Assembly (NCBI GenBank): GCA_910585455.1
Contig: CAJUEL010000008.1
Location: 53,955 to 117,954 of the forward strand
Length of the DNA: 64,000 bases
Direction of reading: 5' to 3'
DNA from: an uncultured Eisenbergiella sp.
Lineage (GTDB): Bacteria > Bacillota > Clostridia > Lachnospirales > Lachnospiraceae
Part shown: piece after piece, positions 39,678-49,928 of the stretch
Position numbering within the stretch: the first letter of the stretch is position 1
Layout of the letters: every line of letters starts with the position of its first letter
Made by a program: the position numbers and the translations under genes
The notes under the pieces: model-generated
Told to the model about the DNA's origin: nothing
Database searches by the model: none
Seen by the model: the letters and a program-made list of their open reading frames with translations, nothing else

Positions 39678-40718
39678 ATGGAAAAAATGATTTCGCATGA
39701 GGGAATATCATCAATGTGTATGGAGCTGTCGCTCCTGCTCCATGCGGGCGTGGGGGTAGGCGATGGGCTTACACTGCTCCTGGATGACAGCGATACGGCG
39801 TACAGGGAGCTGCTTACTGAGATGGCAAAGCAGGTGGACGAAGGTGTGCCGCTGTCTGAAGCGCTCAAAAGCAGCGGCTGTTTTCCGGTTTATGTTTCCG
39901 GTCTTGTGGCGGTAGGCGAACAGTCCGGACGGCTGGAGGAGGCGCTTTTGGCACTTTCCAAATATTATGAGTATCGGACCCGGCTTGACAGGCGGATTCG
40001 CAGTGCGCTTCTGTATCCGGCAGTGATGCTTCTGCTCATGCTGCTCGTGATCGCTGTGCTGCTGATCAAGGTACTGCCGATGTTTGAGGATGTATACAGA
40101 TCTCTGGGCGGACGGCTTACCGGCGTGGCAGGCGGATTGCTGACGCTGGGACGCGCGTTGGATAAGGCGATGCCGGTTTTATGGGTGATTTTGGCTGTGC
40201 TGGTCATCTTTTTTGCACTTTTTGCGGCGGTTACCTCCTTCAGAACGGCGATACTTGGCTGGTGGCGCGGCATCTGGGGGGACAAGGGAATTTCCCGGCA
40301 GATGAATACCGCACGGCTGGCGCAGGCGTTGGCGATGGGTATGGCCAGCGGACTGTCTCTGGAGGAATCGGTGAAGCTGGCGGAAGGACTGGTTGAGGAT
40401 GTCGCGGGCGCGGGAGAGCGCTGCAAGGATTGCCGCACCCGTCTGGAGCAGGGAGAGTCTTCGGGGAAGGCTTTGAAAAACAGCGGACTTTTGCCGGCAG
40501 CATCCTGCCATTTGCTGGAGCTTGGGTTAAAGAGCGGCGCCGGTGAGCGTTCCATGGAAAAGATTGCGGGAGATATGGCGGAGGACAGCGAGGCTGCGCT
40601 GGAGGATGCGGTGAGCCGGGTGGAGCCTGCGCTTGTATTGGTCTGTTCCGCTTTGGTAGGAGTGATACTGTTGTCTGTGATGCTGCCTTTGATGCACATC
40701 ATATCGGCGATCGGGTGA
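39678..40718 (+). CDS. Type II secretion/type IV pilus platform protein (GspF/PilC family)
   Basis: LHAGV, GEQSGRL, RSALLYP, VEPALV..LP. Confidence 0.88.
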   Translation: MEKMISHEGISSMCMELSLLLHAGVGVGDGLTLLLDDSDTAYRELLTEMAKQVDEGVPLSEALKSSGCFPVYVSGLVAVGEQSGRLEEALLALSKYYEYRTRLDRRIRSALLYPAVMLLLMLLVIAVLLIKVLPMFEDVYRSLGGRLTGVAGGLLTLGRALDKAMPVLWVILAVLVIFFALFAAVTSFRTAILGWWRGIWGDKGISRQMNTARLAQALAMGMASGLSLEESVKLAEGLVEDVAGAGERCKDCRTRLEQGESSGKALKNSGLLPAASCHLLELGLKSGAGERSMEKIAGDMAEDSEAALEDAVSRVEPALVLVCSALVGVILLSVMLPLMHIISAIG

Positions 40719-40722
40719 TGCT

Positions 40723-41043
40723 ATGAAAAAAAACAGGACAATATTTGGCATGCTCCGTGGGCTTTTGCTGCCCTGTGGGGCGATCATAGTGCTTTTATTC
40801 TTCATGTCTGCGCTGGGCAACCTAGAAAGCGGGCGTGAGGGAGAGGACATTCGTCAACTCCAGGAAGTGTTGCAAAGGGGATGCGTGGCATGCTATGCCG
40901 CGGAGGGAATCTATCCCCCGGACCTGGAATATTTGAAAGAACGCTATGGCATACAGATAGATGAGGAACGGTATACAGTTTATTATAGCCGTTTTGCCCA
41001 GAACCTGATGCCGGATGTGACAGTGCTGGAGAACAGACCATGA
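40723..41043 (+). CDS. Small pseudopilin-like protein
   Basis: N-terminal TM; CYAAEGIYPPDLEYL reminiscent of GspG-type heads. Confidence 0.6.
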   Translation: MKKNRTIFGMLRGLLLPCGAIIVLLFFMSALGNLESGREGEDIRQLQEVLQRGCVACYAAEGIYPPDLEYLKERYGIQIDEERYTVYYSRFAQNLMPDVTVLENRP

Positions 41044-41522
41044 AAAAGAAAACAACAGGATATCATATGGATGGGTTAATTGCCCTGTTGCTCTTTGGCG
41101 TATTTGCGGCATGCCTGCTGGCGGTGCTTTTGACCGGCGCGGGGGCATATAAGCGGCTGAACGCCCGCAACGAAGCGGCATATAACCGCCGCACCTGTAT
41201 GCAGTATGTGGCAAACAGGGTACATCAGGCGCCCAGACCGGCGGACGTGATGATTGAGTCCTTTGGCGACGGAAATGCGCTGGCGATTGCCGATGGAGAT
41301 GATTTTGTCACGAGGGTTTATTATTATGACGGTTATCTGATGGAATTATACAATAGTGCATTCGACCAACTGGGTCCGCAGGATGGGGAAAAGATCATGG
41401 AGATTGGCGGGCTTGATTTATCGCTGGAGGATGAGCTGCTGACGGTGACTGTAACGGACAGCGAGGGAAAGCGGTGCGAAATGATTCTGGCGCTGCCGGG
41501 CAGAGAGGGGGATGCAGGATGA
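41040..41522 (+). CDS. DUF4860-like pilin-like protein
   Basis: N-terminal TM ..GAGAY; TRVYYYDGYLMEL..GEKI. Confidence 0.65.
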   Translation: MKKKTTGYHMDGLIALLLFGVFAACLLAVLLTGAGAYKRLNARNEAAYNRRTCMQYVANRVHQAPRPADVMIESFGDGNALAIADGDDFVTRVYYYDGYLMELYNSAFDQLGPQDGEKIMEIGGLDLSLEDELLTVTVTDSEGKRCEMILALPGREGDAG

Positions 41523-42007
41523 AAAGTAAAGCGCCTTTGGCGTTGATGGAACAGATGGTGATGCTGCTGGTCTTTGCTTTGGCAGCTGCCTTATGTTTAC
41601 AGGCTTTTGTGAAGTCCGATCAGATTTCCCAAAGAAGTCAGGCAAGAAGCAATGCGGCGCTGGCGGCTCAGAATATGGCGGAAATGCTCCGGCACAGCGG
41701 CGGCAGCATGGAGCATGCGCTTAAGGAGGCGGCGGACAGGCAGGGCGGCAGTTATCTGGAAAATGCTGATGAAGCAGGCGGCATCCAGGTAAATGTTTTC
41801 TATGATGAGGACTGGCAGCCGACCGGAGAAAATGGCGTCTATCTTTTGACGGTGCAGGGGATTCCTGCCGGGGAGGAAGGCTTACAGAAGGTGCTGGTAC
41901 AGGTGGTACAAAATACAGCGGATTTGGCGGTATGGGGAGATCAGGCGCAGCAGGGGCTTCTGTTTGAACTGGAAACTGCATGGCTGGAGGTGAACGGGCA
42001 TGAATAA
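41519..42007 (+). CDS. Pilin-like protein
   Basis: LALMEQMVMLLVFALAA class-III-like N-terminus; FYDEDW. Confidence 0.6.
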   Translation: MKSKAPLALMEQMVMLLVFALAAALCLQAFVKSDQISQRSQARSNAALAAQNMAEMLRHSGGSMEHALKEAADRQGGSYLENADEAGGIQVNVFYDEDWQPTGENGVYLLTVQGIPAGEEGLQKVLVQVVQNTADLAVWGDQAQQGLLFELETAWLEVNGHE

Positions 42008-42404
42008 AGAGGATAGATTTTCTCCGCCTGCGGTGGGAGGTATCTCCCTGCTGGTGGCATTCGCAGTGCTGTGCCTTACGGTATTCGCCCTGCTCAGCTT
42101 AAGCACTGTGCAGGCACAGAGTCGTCTGGCGGACGCGTCCACCAGGGCTGTAGCGGAATATTATGCGGCGGATAGCGCGGCGGTGCAGATTCTTGCGCGT
42201 CTGTGCGCGGGAGATTCGCCGGAAGAGGTTACTTATCAGGACGGAATTTATGCCTATGCCTGTCCGATTTCGGAGACGCAGGTATTAGAGGTGGAAGTGC
42301 GGCTGTCAGGAGAAGATTATGAGATTTTGCGCTGGCAGGCTGTTCCGGACGGTCAGGAAGGCGAAGAAAGCGGCTTTGAGCTGTGGGACGGAGAAGGATT
42401 TTAA
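42000..42404 (+). CDS. Pilin-like (PilX-like) protein
   Basis: GGISLLVAFAVLCLTVF TM, YYAADS.A. Confidence 0.55.
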   Translation: MNKEDRFSPPAVGGISLLVAFAVLCLTVFALLSLSTVQAQSRLADASTRAVAEYYAADSAAVQILARLCAGDSPEEVTYQDGIYAYACPISETQVLEVEVRLSGEDYEILRWQAVPDGQEGEESGFELWDGEGF

Positions 42405-42425
42405 AGAGTAAGGCAGGAAAATGAA

Positions 42426-43487
42426 ATGGCAGAATTGGTTGATTATTTAAAACGCGCGGTAGCGGATGACGCATCGGATCTTTTTATTGTGGCGGGGGGA
42501 CAGGTGACTGAGAAGGTGGATAAGGCACTTTGTCCGATCAGCGAAGAAAAGATATTACCGCAGGAATCGGAGCGGCTGATCACCGAGCTTTATACCCGGG
42601 CGAACAGGCCTATGGAGGAATATTTAAAAAGAGGAGACGATGATTTTTCCATCTCCATTCCGGGAGTGGCCCGGTTCAGGGTCAATACTTACCATCAGCG
42701 CGGTTCCATGGCGGCGGTGGTGCGGGTCGTCGTATTTGATATACCGGACTGGCAAAAGCTGCATATTCCGGAACAGGTTATGAATGTCGCGGATAAAACC
42801 AGCGGCATGGTGCTTGTGACCGGCACCGCAGGAAGCGGAAAGTCCACCACGCAGGCATGCATCATAGACAGGATTAACCGTACCAGAGGATGTCATATCA
42901 TCACGCTGGAGGATCCGATAGAATTTTTACATAAAAATCAAAAGAGTATTGTCAGCCAGAGGGAAATCGCGATTGATTCCGAGAATTATCTGACAGCGCT
43001 GCGTTCCTGTTTGAGACAGGCGCCGGATGTGATACTGCTGGGAGAAATGCGTGACCACGAGACGATTCGTACCGCTATGACGGCAGCGGAGACAGGGCAT
43101 CTTTTGATAGCGACCCTGCACACGAAGGGGGCCGTGAACACCATAGACAGAATCGTGGACAGCTTTCCAGGCGAACAGCAGGTGCAGATACGCGCGCAGC
43201 TGAGCATGGTGCTTGAAACGGTCGTTTCCCAGCAGCTTTTGCCGGGAGTTGATGGCGATCTCGTGCCGGCCTATGAGATTATGCATATGAATAATGCAAT
43301 CGGCAGCCTGATCAGGGAGAATAAGAGCCATCAGATCGATAATGCGATTGTCGCCGGTAATAAGGATGGCATGATTTCCATGGATCAGTCCATTCTGGCA
43401 TTGTACCGGGAGGGCAGAATCAGCCGGGAGGTTGCGTTGGAGTACGCGGAAAATCCGGAACAGCTCCAGCGAAGGATGAACGGCTGA
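42426..43487 (+). CDS. pilT: PilT/PilU family type IV pilus ATPase
   Basis: ASDLF, GTAGSGKST, EDPIE, RQAPDVILLGEMRD, TLH, AIGSLIRE. Confidence 0.9.
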   Translation: MAELVDYLKRAVADDASDLFIVAGGQVTEKVDKALCPISEEKILPQESERLITELYTRANRPMEEYLKRGDDDFSISIPGVARFRVNTYHQRGSMAAVVRVVVFDIPDWQKLHIPEQVMNVADKTSGMVLVTGTAGSGKSTTQACIIDRINRTRGCHIITLEDPIEFLHKNQKSIVSQREIAIDSENYLTALRSCLRQAPDVILLGEMRDHETIRTAMTAAETGHLLIATLHTKGAVNTIDRIVDSFPGEQQVQIRAQLSMVLETVVSQQLLPGVDGDLVPAYEIMHMNNAIGSLIRENKSHQIDNAIVAGNKDGMISMDQSILALYREGRISREVALEYAENPEQLQRRMNG

Positions 43488-43514
43488 ATGCTGCGGACTA
43501 CGGAACCGTGCGAG

Positions 43515-43834
43515 GGTTTTGGCATCCATGTCGTCTGATACGGCGGCAGGAGCAAGGGCTGAAAGGGGCAGACGGATAGCGGGCACAGGCAGTTTCGGGG
43601 TGCGATATCCGGAGCGGGAAATTCCACAAAATGACCGGCTATTCCTAAACGGGACAGGGCGCAAAAAACTCACTGCGTTCAGACAGTTTTGCGCCCTGTC
43701 CCAGGAATATCCAGCCATTTTGGGAATTTCTCCGCTTCGGATAAAGCGCCCCGAAACCGCCAGTGCCCGCTATCCGTCTGCCCCTTTCAGTCCTTGCCCC
43801 TGCCGCCGTATCAGACGACATGGATGCCAAAACC
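43515..43834. repeat. Long hairpin element, copy B (opposite orientation)
   Basis: Core AACTCACTGCGTTCAGACAG between CAGGGCGCAA/TTGCGCCCTG; ~145-bp arms. Confidence 0.9.
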
Positions 43835-44034
43835 TCTATCCACCACGTTTTCGCAGAATTTCAGCATCGCCGCATAAATTGTGATAGAATATGACTGCAG
43901 CTCCTAAAGTGCTCACAAATATGCAGGAAAAAGATATGATGCTGTTGACACACTGCATTCAGCGATACCGTGAACAATAATGGTTGGCAAAAAATATGTG
44001 TTACAAAAATATTTGGAAAAAATAAAAAAAGTAC

Positions 44035-44063
44035 TTGCAATATTCTTCGATATGTAATATAAT
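44035..44063 (+). promoter_or_regulatory. tRNA promoter
   Basis: TTGCAA-17-TATAAT with upstream A-tracts. Confidence 0.75.
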
Positions 44064-44099
44064 AATCCTTGCGTTGAGGAAAACGCAGAACAAAGACAT

Positions 44100-44172
44100 G
44101 CACCGCTAGCTCAGTTGGTAGAGCACCTGACTCTTAATCAGGGTGTCCAGGGTTCGAGCCCCTGGCGGTGCA
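44100..44172 (+). tRNA. tRNA-Lys(CTT), CCA not encoded
   Basis: GCACCGC/GCGGTGC acceptor, CCTGA-CTCTTAA-TCAGG anticodon arm, GGTTCGAGCC T arm. Confidence 0.97.
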
Positions 44173-44298
44173 CTGAGGTGCCATTTTTGAGGACGTATGA
44201 GCCTTGGGGATGGTGCTTTTTTTATAGAAAACCTTCATGTGAGCTCTTTGCGTATTATTATGCATGGAGATTATCAGCTGGATATGATCAGGTATGTA

Positions 44299-44678
44299 GT
44301 TACAGTTCGCAGGGCAGGGAAATCCGGGAGGAACGGGCGGACAGGCGCGGGGGCAGACCGGTAAGATGGCGGCGGTGGCAGGAGAGGGGCGGAAGGGGAC
44401 AGGCTGTTTCCGATCGCTTTATCCGGAGTGGAGAAATTTCCAAAACAGCAGGGGATTCCTGCCACAGGGCGCAATACTGTTTGAACGGAGTGAGTTTGTT
44501 GCGCCCTGTGGCGCTCAGGAATACCCGGCTGCTTTGTGGAATTTCCCGCTCTGGATATCGCGATCGGAAACAGCCTGTCCCCTTCCGCCCCTCTCCTGCC
44601 ACCGCCGCCATCTTACCGGTCTGCCCCCGCGCCTGTCTGTCCGTTCCTCCCGGATTTCCCTGCTCTGCGAACTGTAAC
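44299..44678. repeat. Long hairpin element, copy C
   Basis: ~175-bp arms, termini GTTACAGTTCGCAG/CTGCGAACTGTAAC, core CTGTTTGAACGGAGTGAGTT. Confidence 0.9.
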
Positions 44679-44736
44679 GGCAAGATGGCGTGTAACTGGA
44701 AGAATGGCAGGCTTGCACGCAAGGAGGAGATGGCAT

Positions 44737-45510
44737 ATGATATTTGAGAGCCATGCGCACTATGATGATGAGGCGTTTGATGCGGACCGGGAGGCGCTGC
44801 TTGGAAGCTTTGCGGAAAATGGGATAGGCTATGTGGTGAACGTGGCGGCGAGTCTGGATTCGGTGAAGACCACGCAGGCGCTGATGAAGCGGTGGGATTT
44901 CGTTTATGGCGCGCTGGGCGTGCATCCTTCGGAAACCGGGGAGCTGAACGAAGAGAATTTTGCCTGGCTGCGGGCACAGCTGAAAACGCCGAAGACCGTT
45001 GCGGTGGGAGAGATCGGGCTGGACTACTACTGGGACAAGGAAGAGGATGTGCGGGCAAGGCAGAAGGAATGGTTTGCGCGTCAGCTTGCCATGGCGAAGG
45101 AGGAAAGGCTGCCGGTCATCATCCATTCCCGGGATGCGGCGAAGGATACCTGGGATGTGATGGAGGGGGAGTCGGCGAAGGAGCTTCGCGGTGTTGTGCA
45201 TTGCTTCGCCTATACGAAGGAGACGGCGCGGGATTTCCTGAAATGGGATTACTATTTCGGAATAGGCGGCGTGCTCACCTTTAAGAATGCGAAGAAGCTG
45301 AAAGAGGCGGTAGAATACATTCCGCTGGACAGAATTCTGTTGGAGACGGACAGTCCATATCTGACGCCGGAGCCTTACCGGGGGAAGCGGAACTGTTCCC
45401 GCTACCTGCCCTATGTGGTGCGGGCGCTGGCAGAGATTAAGGGAATTTCGGAGGAAGAGGTGGAAGAGATCACCTGCCGCAATGCGAGGGGATTTTTTTC
45501 ACTGACATAA
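44737..45510 (+). CDS. tatD: TatD family hydrolase
   Basis: SHAH, GVHP, GEIGLDY, IHSRDA, HCF, LETDSPYL. Confidence 0.95.
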   Translation: MIFESHAHYDDEAFDADREALLGSFAENGIGYVVNVAASLDSVKTTQALMKRWDFVYGALGVHPSETGELNEENFAWLRAQLKTPKTVAVGEIGLDYYWDKEEDVRARQKEWFARQLAMAKEERLPVIIHSRDAAKDTWDVMEGESAKELRGVVHCFAYTKETARDFLKWDYYFGIGGVLTFKNAKKLKEAVEYIPLDRILLETDSPYLTPEPYRGKRNCSRYLPYVVRALAEIKGISEEEVEEITCRNARGFFSLT

Positions 45511-45523
45511 ATGGAGAACAGGG

Positions 45524-46390
45524 ATGGCGTCTTTGGGGATACCCGCGAATACGATAGCGGTATTGCAGAAATACAATTTCACATTTCAGAAAAAATACGG
45601 GCAGAACTTCTTGATCGATGCGCATGTTCTGGAGAAAATTATGGAAAGGGCGCAGATCACAAAGGCGGACTGTGTGGTGGAAATCGGTCCTGGCATCGGC
45701 ACGATGACCCAGTATCTGGCGGAGAGCGCGGGGCAGGTGGTGGCGGTGGAGATCGACCGGGCGCTGATCCCGATTTTGCAGGATACCCTTTCTTCTTATG
45801 AAAATGTGGAGATCATCAATGAGGACATCCTGAAGGTAGATCTGGCGCGTCTGGCGGCAGAAAAGAACGGCGGAAATCCGGTGAAGGTGGTGGCGAACCT
45901 TCCTTATTATATCACCACGCCCATCGTCATGGGACTTTTTGAAAGCGGTATGCCGCTGGATTCCGTCACGGTGATGGTGCAGAAGGAGGTTGCCGAGCGG
46001 ATGCAGGCAAAGCCCGGCACGAAGGACTACGGCGCGCTTTCGCTGGCGGTGCAGTACTATGCGGAAGCGCAGGTGGTGGCGAATGTGCCGCCAAACTGTT
46101 TTATCCCCCGCCCCAATGTGGGGAGCGCGGTGATTCAGTTGAAGCGCTACCAGGAGCCGCCTGTCCGGGTGCAGGATGAGAGGCTGATGTTTTCCATCAT
46201 CCGGGCATCCTTCAACCAGAGAAGAAAAATGCTCGTAAACGGCCTGGCGAATGCACCGGGACTATCTTTCGATAAGGAAAAGGTGCGCGGCGCGCTGCTT
46301 TCCATGGGGCTTTCCGAAAACATCCGCGGGGAAGCGATGGAGCTTGCACAGTTCGCGCAGCTTTCCGACATTCTTGCGGGAAAGGCATGA
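45524..46390 (+). CDS. rsmA: 16S rRNA m62A1518/1519 dimethyltransferase
   Basis: KKYGQNFLID, EIGPGIG, ANLPYYI, QKEVAER. Confidence 0.97.
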   Translation: MASLGIPANTIAVLQKYNFTFQKKYGQNFLIDAHVLEKIMERAQITKADCVVEIGPGIGTMTQYLAESAGQVVAVEIDRALIPILQDTLSSYENVEIINEDILKVDLARLAAEKNGGNPVKVVANLPYYITTPIVMGLFESGMPLDSVTVMVQKEVAERMQAKPGTKDYGALSLAVQYYAEAQVVANVPPNCFIPRPNVGSAVIQLKRYQEPPVRVQDERLMFSIIRASFNQRRKMLVNGLANAPGLSFDKEKVRGALLSMGLSENIRGEAMELAQFAQLSDILAGKA

Positions 46391-47064
46391 AGATGATCAA
46401 AGCGGTTGTTTTTGATATGGATGGCGTATTGTTTGATACGGAAAGCATCAGCTTTCGCTGTTTTTTTGAAGCGGCGGAGCAGCTGGGAATCCGGATTACG
46501 CAGGAAGCGGTTTATGGATGCTTCGGGCTCAATGAGGCGGACGGAAGGGCTTATGTGCTTCGTACGATGGAGAGCGAGTATCCCGGCGGCACATTCCCCT
46601 ATGACATTTTCAGGAAGAAGCTGGGAGAGCTGTTTGAGGAGGAGCTGCAAAAGGGCGTGCCCGTCATGGAGGGCGTGCGGGAGCTTCTCATTTTTTTAAA
46701 GGAAAAAGGCGTCAAAGTGGCGGTCGCATCCTCCACCCACTACAGGAGGGTGATGCGCAATCTGGAGACTAACGGGCTGACGTCATATTTTGAGCAGATC
46801 ATCACCGGAGATATGGTGGAGCACAGCAAGCCGCAGCCGGATATTTATTTAAAGGCCTGCGAGGCGCTTTCGGTATCCCCGGCAGAGGCGATGGCGGTGG
46901 AGGACTCCCCCAACGGCATCCGGGCAGCTGCTGCGGCGGGGATGGTGGCGGTCATGGTGCCGGATATGATACAGCCCACCGAAGAGCTGGCGGCATTATA
47001 CGATATGAAGTTTGATTCCCTGCACGGGCTGCGGGCATATTTGCAAAAGGAGCTGGAGGGGTGA
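46387..47064 (+). CDS. HAD-IA family phosphatase
   Basis: FDMDGV, ASST, KPQPD, EDSPNG. Confidence 0.92.
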   Translation: MKMIKAVVFDMDGVLFDTESISFRCFFEAAEQLGIRITQEAVYGCFGLNEADGRAYVLRTMESEYPGGTFPYDIFRKKLGELFEEELQKGVPVMEGVRELLIFLKEKGVKVAVASSTHYRRVMRNLETNGLTSYFEQIITGDMVEHSKPQPDIYLKACEALSVSPAEAMAVEDSPNGIRAAAAAGMVAVMVPDMIQPTEELAALYDMKFDSLHGLRAYLQKELEG

Positions 47065-47068
47065 GAGC

Positions 47069-47632
47069 ATGACGCCGGTGGAAAAGCTGCGGTTTAAAAA
47101 TGTAGCGCTGCGGGTGCTGCACGCGCCGGGAGGACCACTCTGTATGCAGAAGGGAGCCGCCGGTACGCTGCGGAAAGGCATAGATGCGCCGGGACAGGCA
47201 GGCGGCGCAAGACCTTTGGAAATGACCCTCGTTTTTGACGGCGCGCTCACGGAGGAGGAAGTGCGGGCGGCAGGCGCGGACGTGATATCCGCTTTAAAAG
47301 GCGCGGACGAAATTTTCCGGAATGTGCGTTGCAATGCGGTATGGTGGCGCTCGGATGAAGAGATCATCCATGAGGTGGTGGCGGCTCCCATGATACAGAT
47401 GGGGCGCTGCTTCGACGGCTGGAGGGAGCGGCAGGAGAAAAAGCGGCTTGAGCTCTTATTCGCTGATCTGAAAAAATTTGAGGCCAGATCCCGCCTGCTG
47501 ATCGTGGCAGCCGGACGGGGATATGTGACAGAAGATAAAGAATTGCAGAGGGCGAGCCTGAATCCGTTTTTATACCGCAGGCTGCTTTTTCTGGAAAAAG
47601 ACGGCATAAAGGAAGGGCGCAGCTTTTTGTGA
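47069..47632 (+). CDS. Hypothetical protein
   Basis: GGAGG RBS, coupled to HAD gene, followed by terminator. Confidence 0.7.
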   Translation: MTPVEKLRFKNVALRVLHAPGGPLCMQKGAAGTLRKGIDAPGQAGGARPLEMTLVFDGALTEEEVRAAGADVISALKGADEIFRNVRCNAVWWRSDEEIIHEVVAAPMIQMGRCFDGWRERQEKKRLELLFADLKKFEARSRLLIVAAGRGYVTEDKELQRASLNPFLYRRLLFLEKDGIKEGRSFL

Positions 47633-47648
47633 GGCTGCGCCCTTTTTT
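47609..47648 (+). terminator. Intrinsic terminator
   Basis: AAGGGCGCAGC..GCTGCGCCCTTTTTT. Confidence 0.8.
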
Positions 47649-47689
47649 CGTCAATGATTCAGAGCTGTCTGAACGGTTTCCTCTTCGGA

Positions 47690-48685
47690 TCAGAAATCGG
47701 AGCCGTTACGGACAGAAGCGCCGGACACGGAGGTGATCCGTTTCACATCCTGCTTACCGCTTCCTGTCTTCAGCGCCTGGCGGACGGTTCCCCATGCGCC
47801 CACGGCCATGAGGATATAGCCGATTGCCACATCGCCGATGACGGCTGTCCGGATTTCAGGCTCTTCCAGGAATGCCGGCGCGGCGCGGAAGGCATCGAAG
47901 AAGGTGATTTCATAATATTCCTGATAGATATTGAAAATTTCAATGCTCAGGCTGATCTGCTCTGCCAGCAGCAGCATGACCACGGAGAGCACACAGCTTA
48001 TGATGATACCGGTGGTATTGAGCTTGCCGCCCAGCATTTCGTAGCCCTTCATGGCGCAGATGATCATGACCGCGCCGCCGATGGCGGATATGTAACCGAG
48101 CTGATAGATGAGCACCCACAGCACAACGCCGATCAAAGCGCCTAAAAATGCGCCCACAATGCCGCCGACCACGTTTCCGTTTCCGCCCTTTTTCTTCTCG
48201 TTTATGTTCTGACGGATGCGATCGGAAACATTGGCATAGCAGGCGGGACAGAGCACATGGCTTACGCCGTCAATGACATATAGCGAAAGGTCGTAAGGCG
48301 TATCACAGGCTTCGCAGCAAATGGCGAGACCGTTATCATTGCAGTAAGCGGTGATTTCCTTTAAAAAGGCGTCCATACAGGGCACATAATTTTTCCCCCA
48401 TTTAAAACCAATTCCCTGGAATTCTGCGGTGATCCGCCCGTTTCCGTAAACGGCGGACTGCAGATACTGGAATTTGGACGTACACTGGGTTAAAAATGCT
48501 GAAATGGCGGGAGCCGGTTCTATCGTGCCGGGCTTTACCCAGAGCTGGACGGCATGCTTGGCCGGTGTGGCAGGATCCTGCTGGATGGCGAGAAAAACGC
48601 CGTTTACCTGCCCATATGCAAGCCCGCTCTTTTCGTCCACGGTGAGATTGTTCTGAATCGCGTAATTTTTCACTTTCTTGTACAT
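47690..48685 (-). CDS. Membrane protein with CxxC...CxxC zinc-binding motif
   Basis: CEAC/CPAC then 4-5 TM; GAGGAGGG RBS. Confidence 0.75.
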   Translation of the reverse strand: MYKKVKNYAIQNNLTVDEKSGLAYGQVNGVFLAIQQDPATPAKHAVQLWVKPGTIEPAPAISAFLTQCTSKFQYLQSAVYGNGRITAEFQGIGFKWGKNYVPCMDAFLKEITAYCNDNGLAICCEACDTPYDLSLYVIDGVSHVLCPACYANVSDRIRQNINEKKKGGNGNVVGGIVGAFLGALIGVVLWVLIYQLGYISAIGGAVMIICAMKGYEMLGGKLNTTGIIISCVLSVVMLLLAEQISLSIEIFNIYQEYYEITFFDAFRAAPAFLEEPEIRTAVIGDVAIGYILMAVGAWGTVRQALKTGSGKQDVKRITSVSGASVRNGSDF

Positions 48686-48792
48686 GACATTCCCTCCTCG
48701 TTTGAATATGATAGAGTGGGGTATCGATCGACCGATACTTCCGCATATCAGTATAGCGTAAGAAGAGCCCCTCGTAAAGACCAAAATTTCTG

Positions 48793-48849
48793 TTGACAAA
48801 TCGGGAGAAGCGTCATATAATCCATATAAACATACTTGAAAAGTAGGTT
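48793..48849 (+). promoter_or_regulatory. cysK promoter and possible Rrf2/CymR-type operator
   Basis: TTGACA-17-TATAAT; downstream AACATAC-N7-GTAGGTT imperfect inverted repeat. Confidence 0.6.
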
Positions 48850-48868
48850 AATGAAGGAGGGAAAAGAA

Positions 48869-49801
48869 ATGAGTAACATTTATACATCCGCGGATCAGCT
48901 GATAGGGAGAACCCCTTTGCTGGAGCTTACGAATCTGGAAAAGAAATACGGGCTTGGGGCGCGGATTTTGGTGAAGCTGGAATATTTTAACCCGGCAGGC
49001 TCCGTGAAGGACCGGGTTGCGAAGGCGATGCTCGACGATGCGGAGGAAAGAGGGTTGCTAAAGCCGGATTCCGTCATCATTGAGCCCACATCGGGAAATA
49101 CGGGGATCGGACTCGCATCGGTCGCCGCAGCGAGAGGATACCGCATCATCATCGTCATGCCGGAAACCATGAGCGTGGAGCGCCGTCAGCTGATGAAGGC
49201 ATTCGGCGCGGAGCTGGTGCTGACGGAAGGGGCAAAGGGCATGAGCGGCGCCATCGAAAAGGCGAAGGAGCTGGCGGCAGAGTACCCGGACAGCTTCATT
49301 CCGGGACAGTTTGAGAATCCCGCCAACCCAGCGGCGCACAGGGCGACGACCGGGCCGGAAATCTGGGCGGACACGGACGGAAAGGTGGATATTTTTGTGG
49401 CGGGCGTGGGCACCGGGGGCACAATTACCGGCATCGGCTCCTTCTTAAAGGAGCAAAATCCTGATATACAGGTGGTTGCGGTGGAGCCCGCGGCGTCTCC
49501 GGTGCTGAGCAAGGGAACGTCCGGTTCCCATAAGATTCAGGGAATCGGCGCCGGATTTGTGCCCGAGGTGCTGGACACGAAGGTTTATGATGAGATCATT
49601 CCGGTGGAAAATGAGGATGCCTTTGCGGTTGGAAAGCAGATCGGCAGGACGGAGGGCATTTTGGTGGGCATTTCCTCCGGCGCGGCGGTCTGGGCGGCGC
49701 TGGAGCTGGCGAAGCGCCCGGAAAACGAAGGAAAAACGATCGTGGCATTGCTCCCGGATACCGGAGACCGGTATTTATCCACGGCGCTTTTTGCGGATTA
49801 G
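48869..49801 (+). CDS. cysK: Cysteine synthase A
   Basis: [40 protein letters not shown]. Confidence 0.97.
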   Translation: MSNIYTSADQLIGRTPLLELTNLEKKYGLGARILVKLEYFNPAGSVKDRVAKAMLDDAEERGLLKPDSVIIEPTSGNTGIGLASVAAARGYRIIIVMPETMSVERRQLMKAFGAELVLTEGAKGMSGAIEKAKELAAEYPDSFIPGQFENPANPAAHRATTGPEIWADTDGKVDIFVAGVGTGGTITGIGSFLKEQNPDIQVVAVEPAASPVLSKGTSGSHKIQGIGAGFVPEVLDTKVYDEIIPVENEDAFAVGKQIGRTEGILVGISSGAAVWAALELAKRPENEGKTIVALLPDTGDRYLSTALFAD

Positions 49802-49928
49802 GGCAGGCGGCGACAGCGATTTTTTATGGTTTTTTGAAATGATGCAAAAAGGATACATTTTTGATGCTTTTTTGATGCCGCTGTGCGATAAGCTATGCTC
49901 ATAACAAAAGCGAAAGAGGTGTATCAGC

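Noticed and set aside
44100..44300. tRNA-Lys as an integration site
   Set aside because: No integrase and no duplicated tRNA 3' end seen in the window
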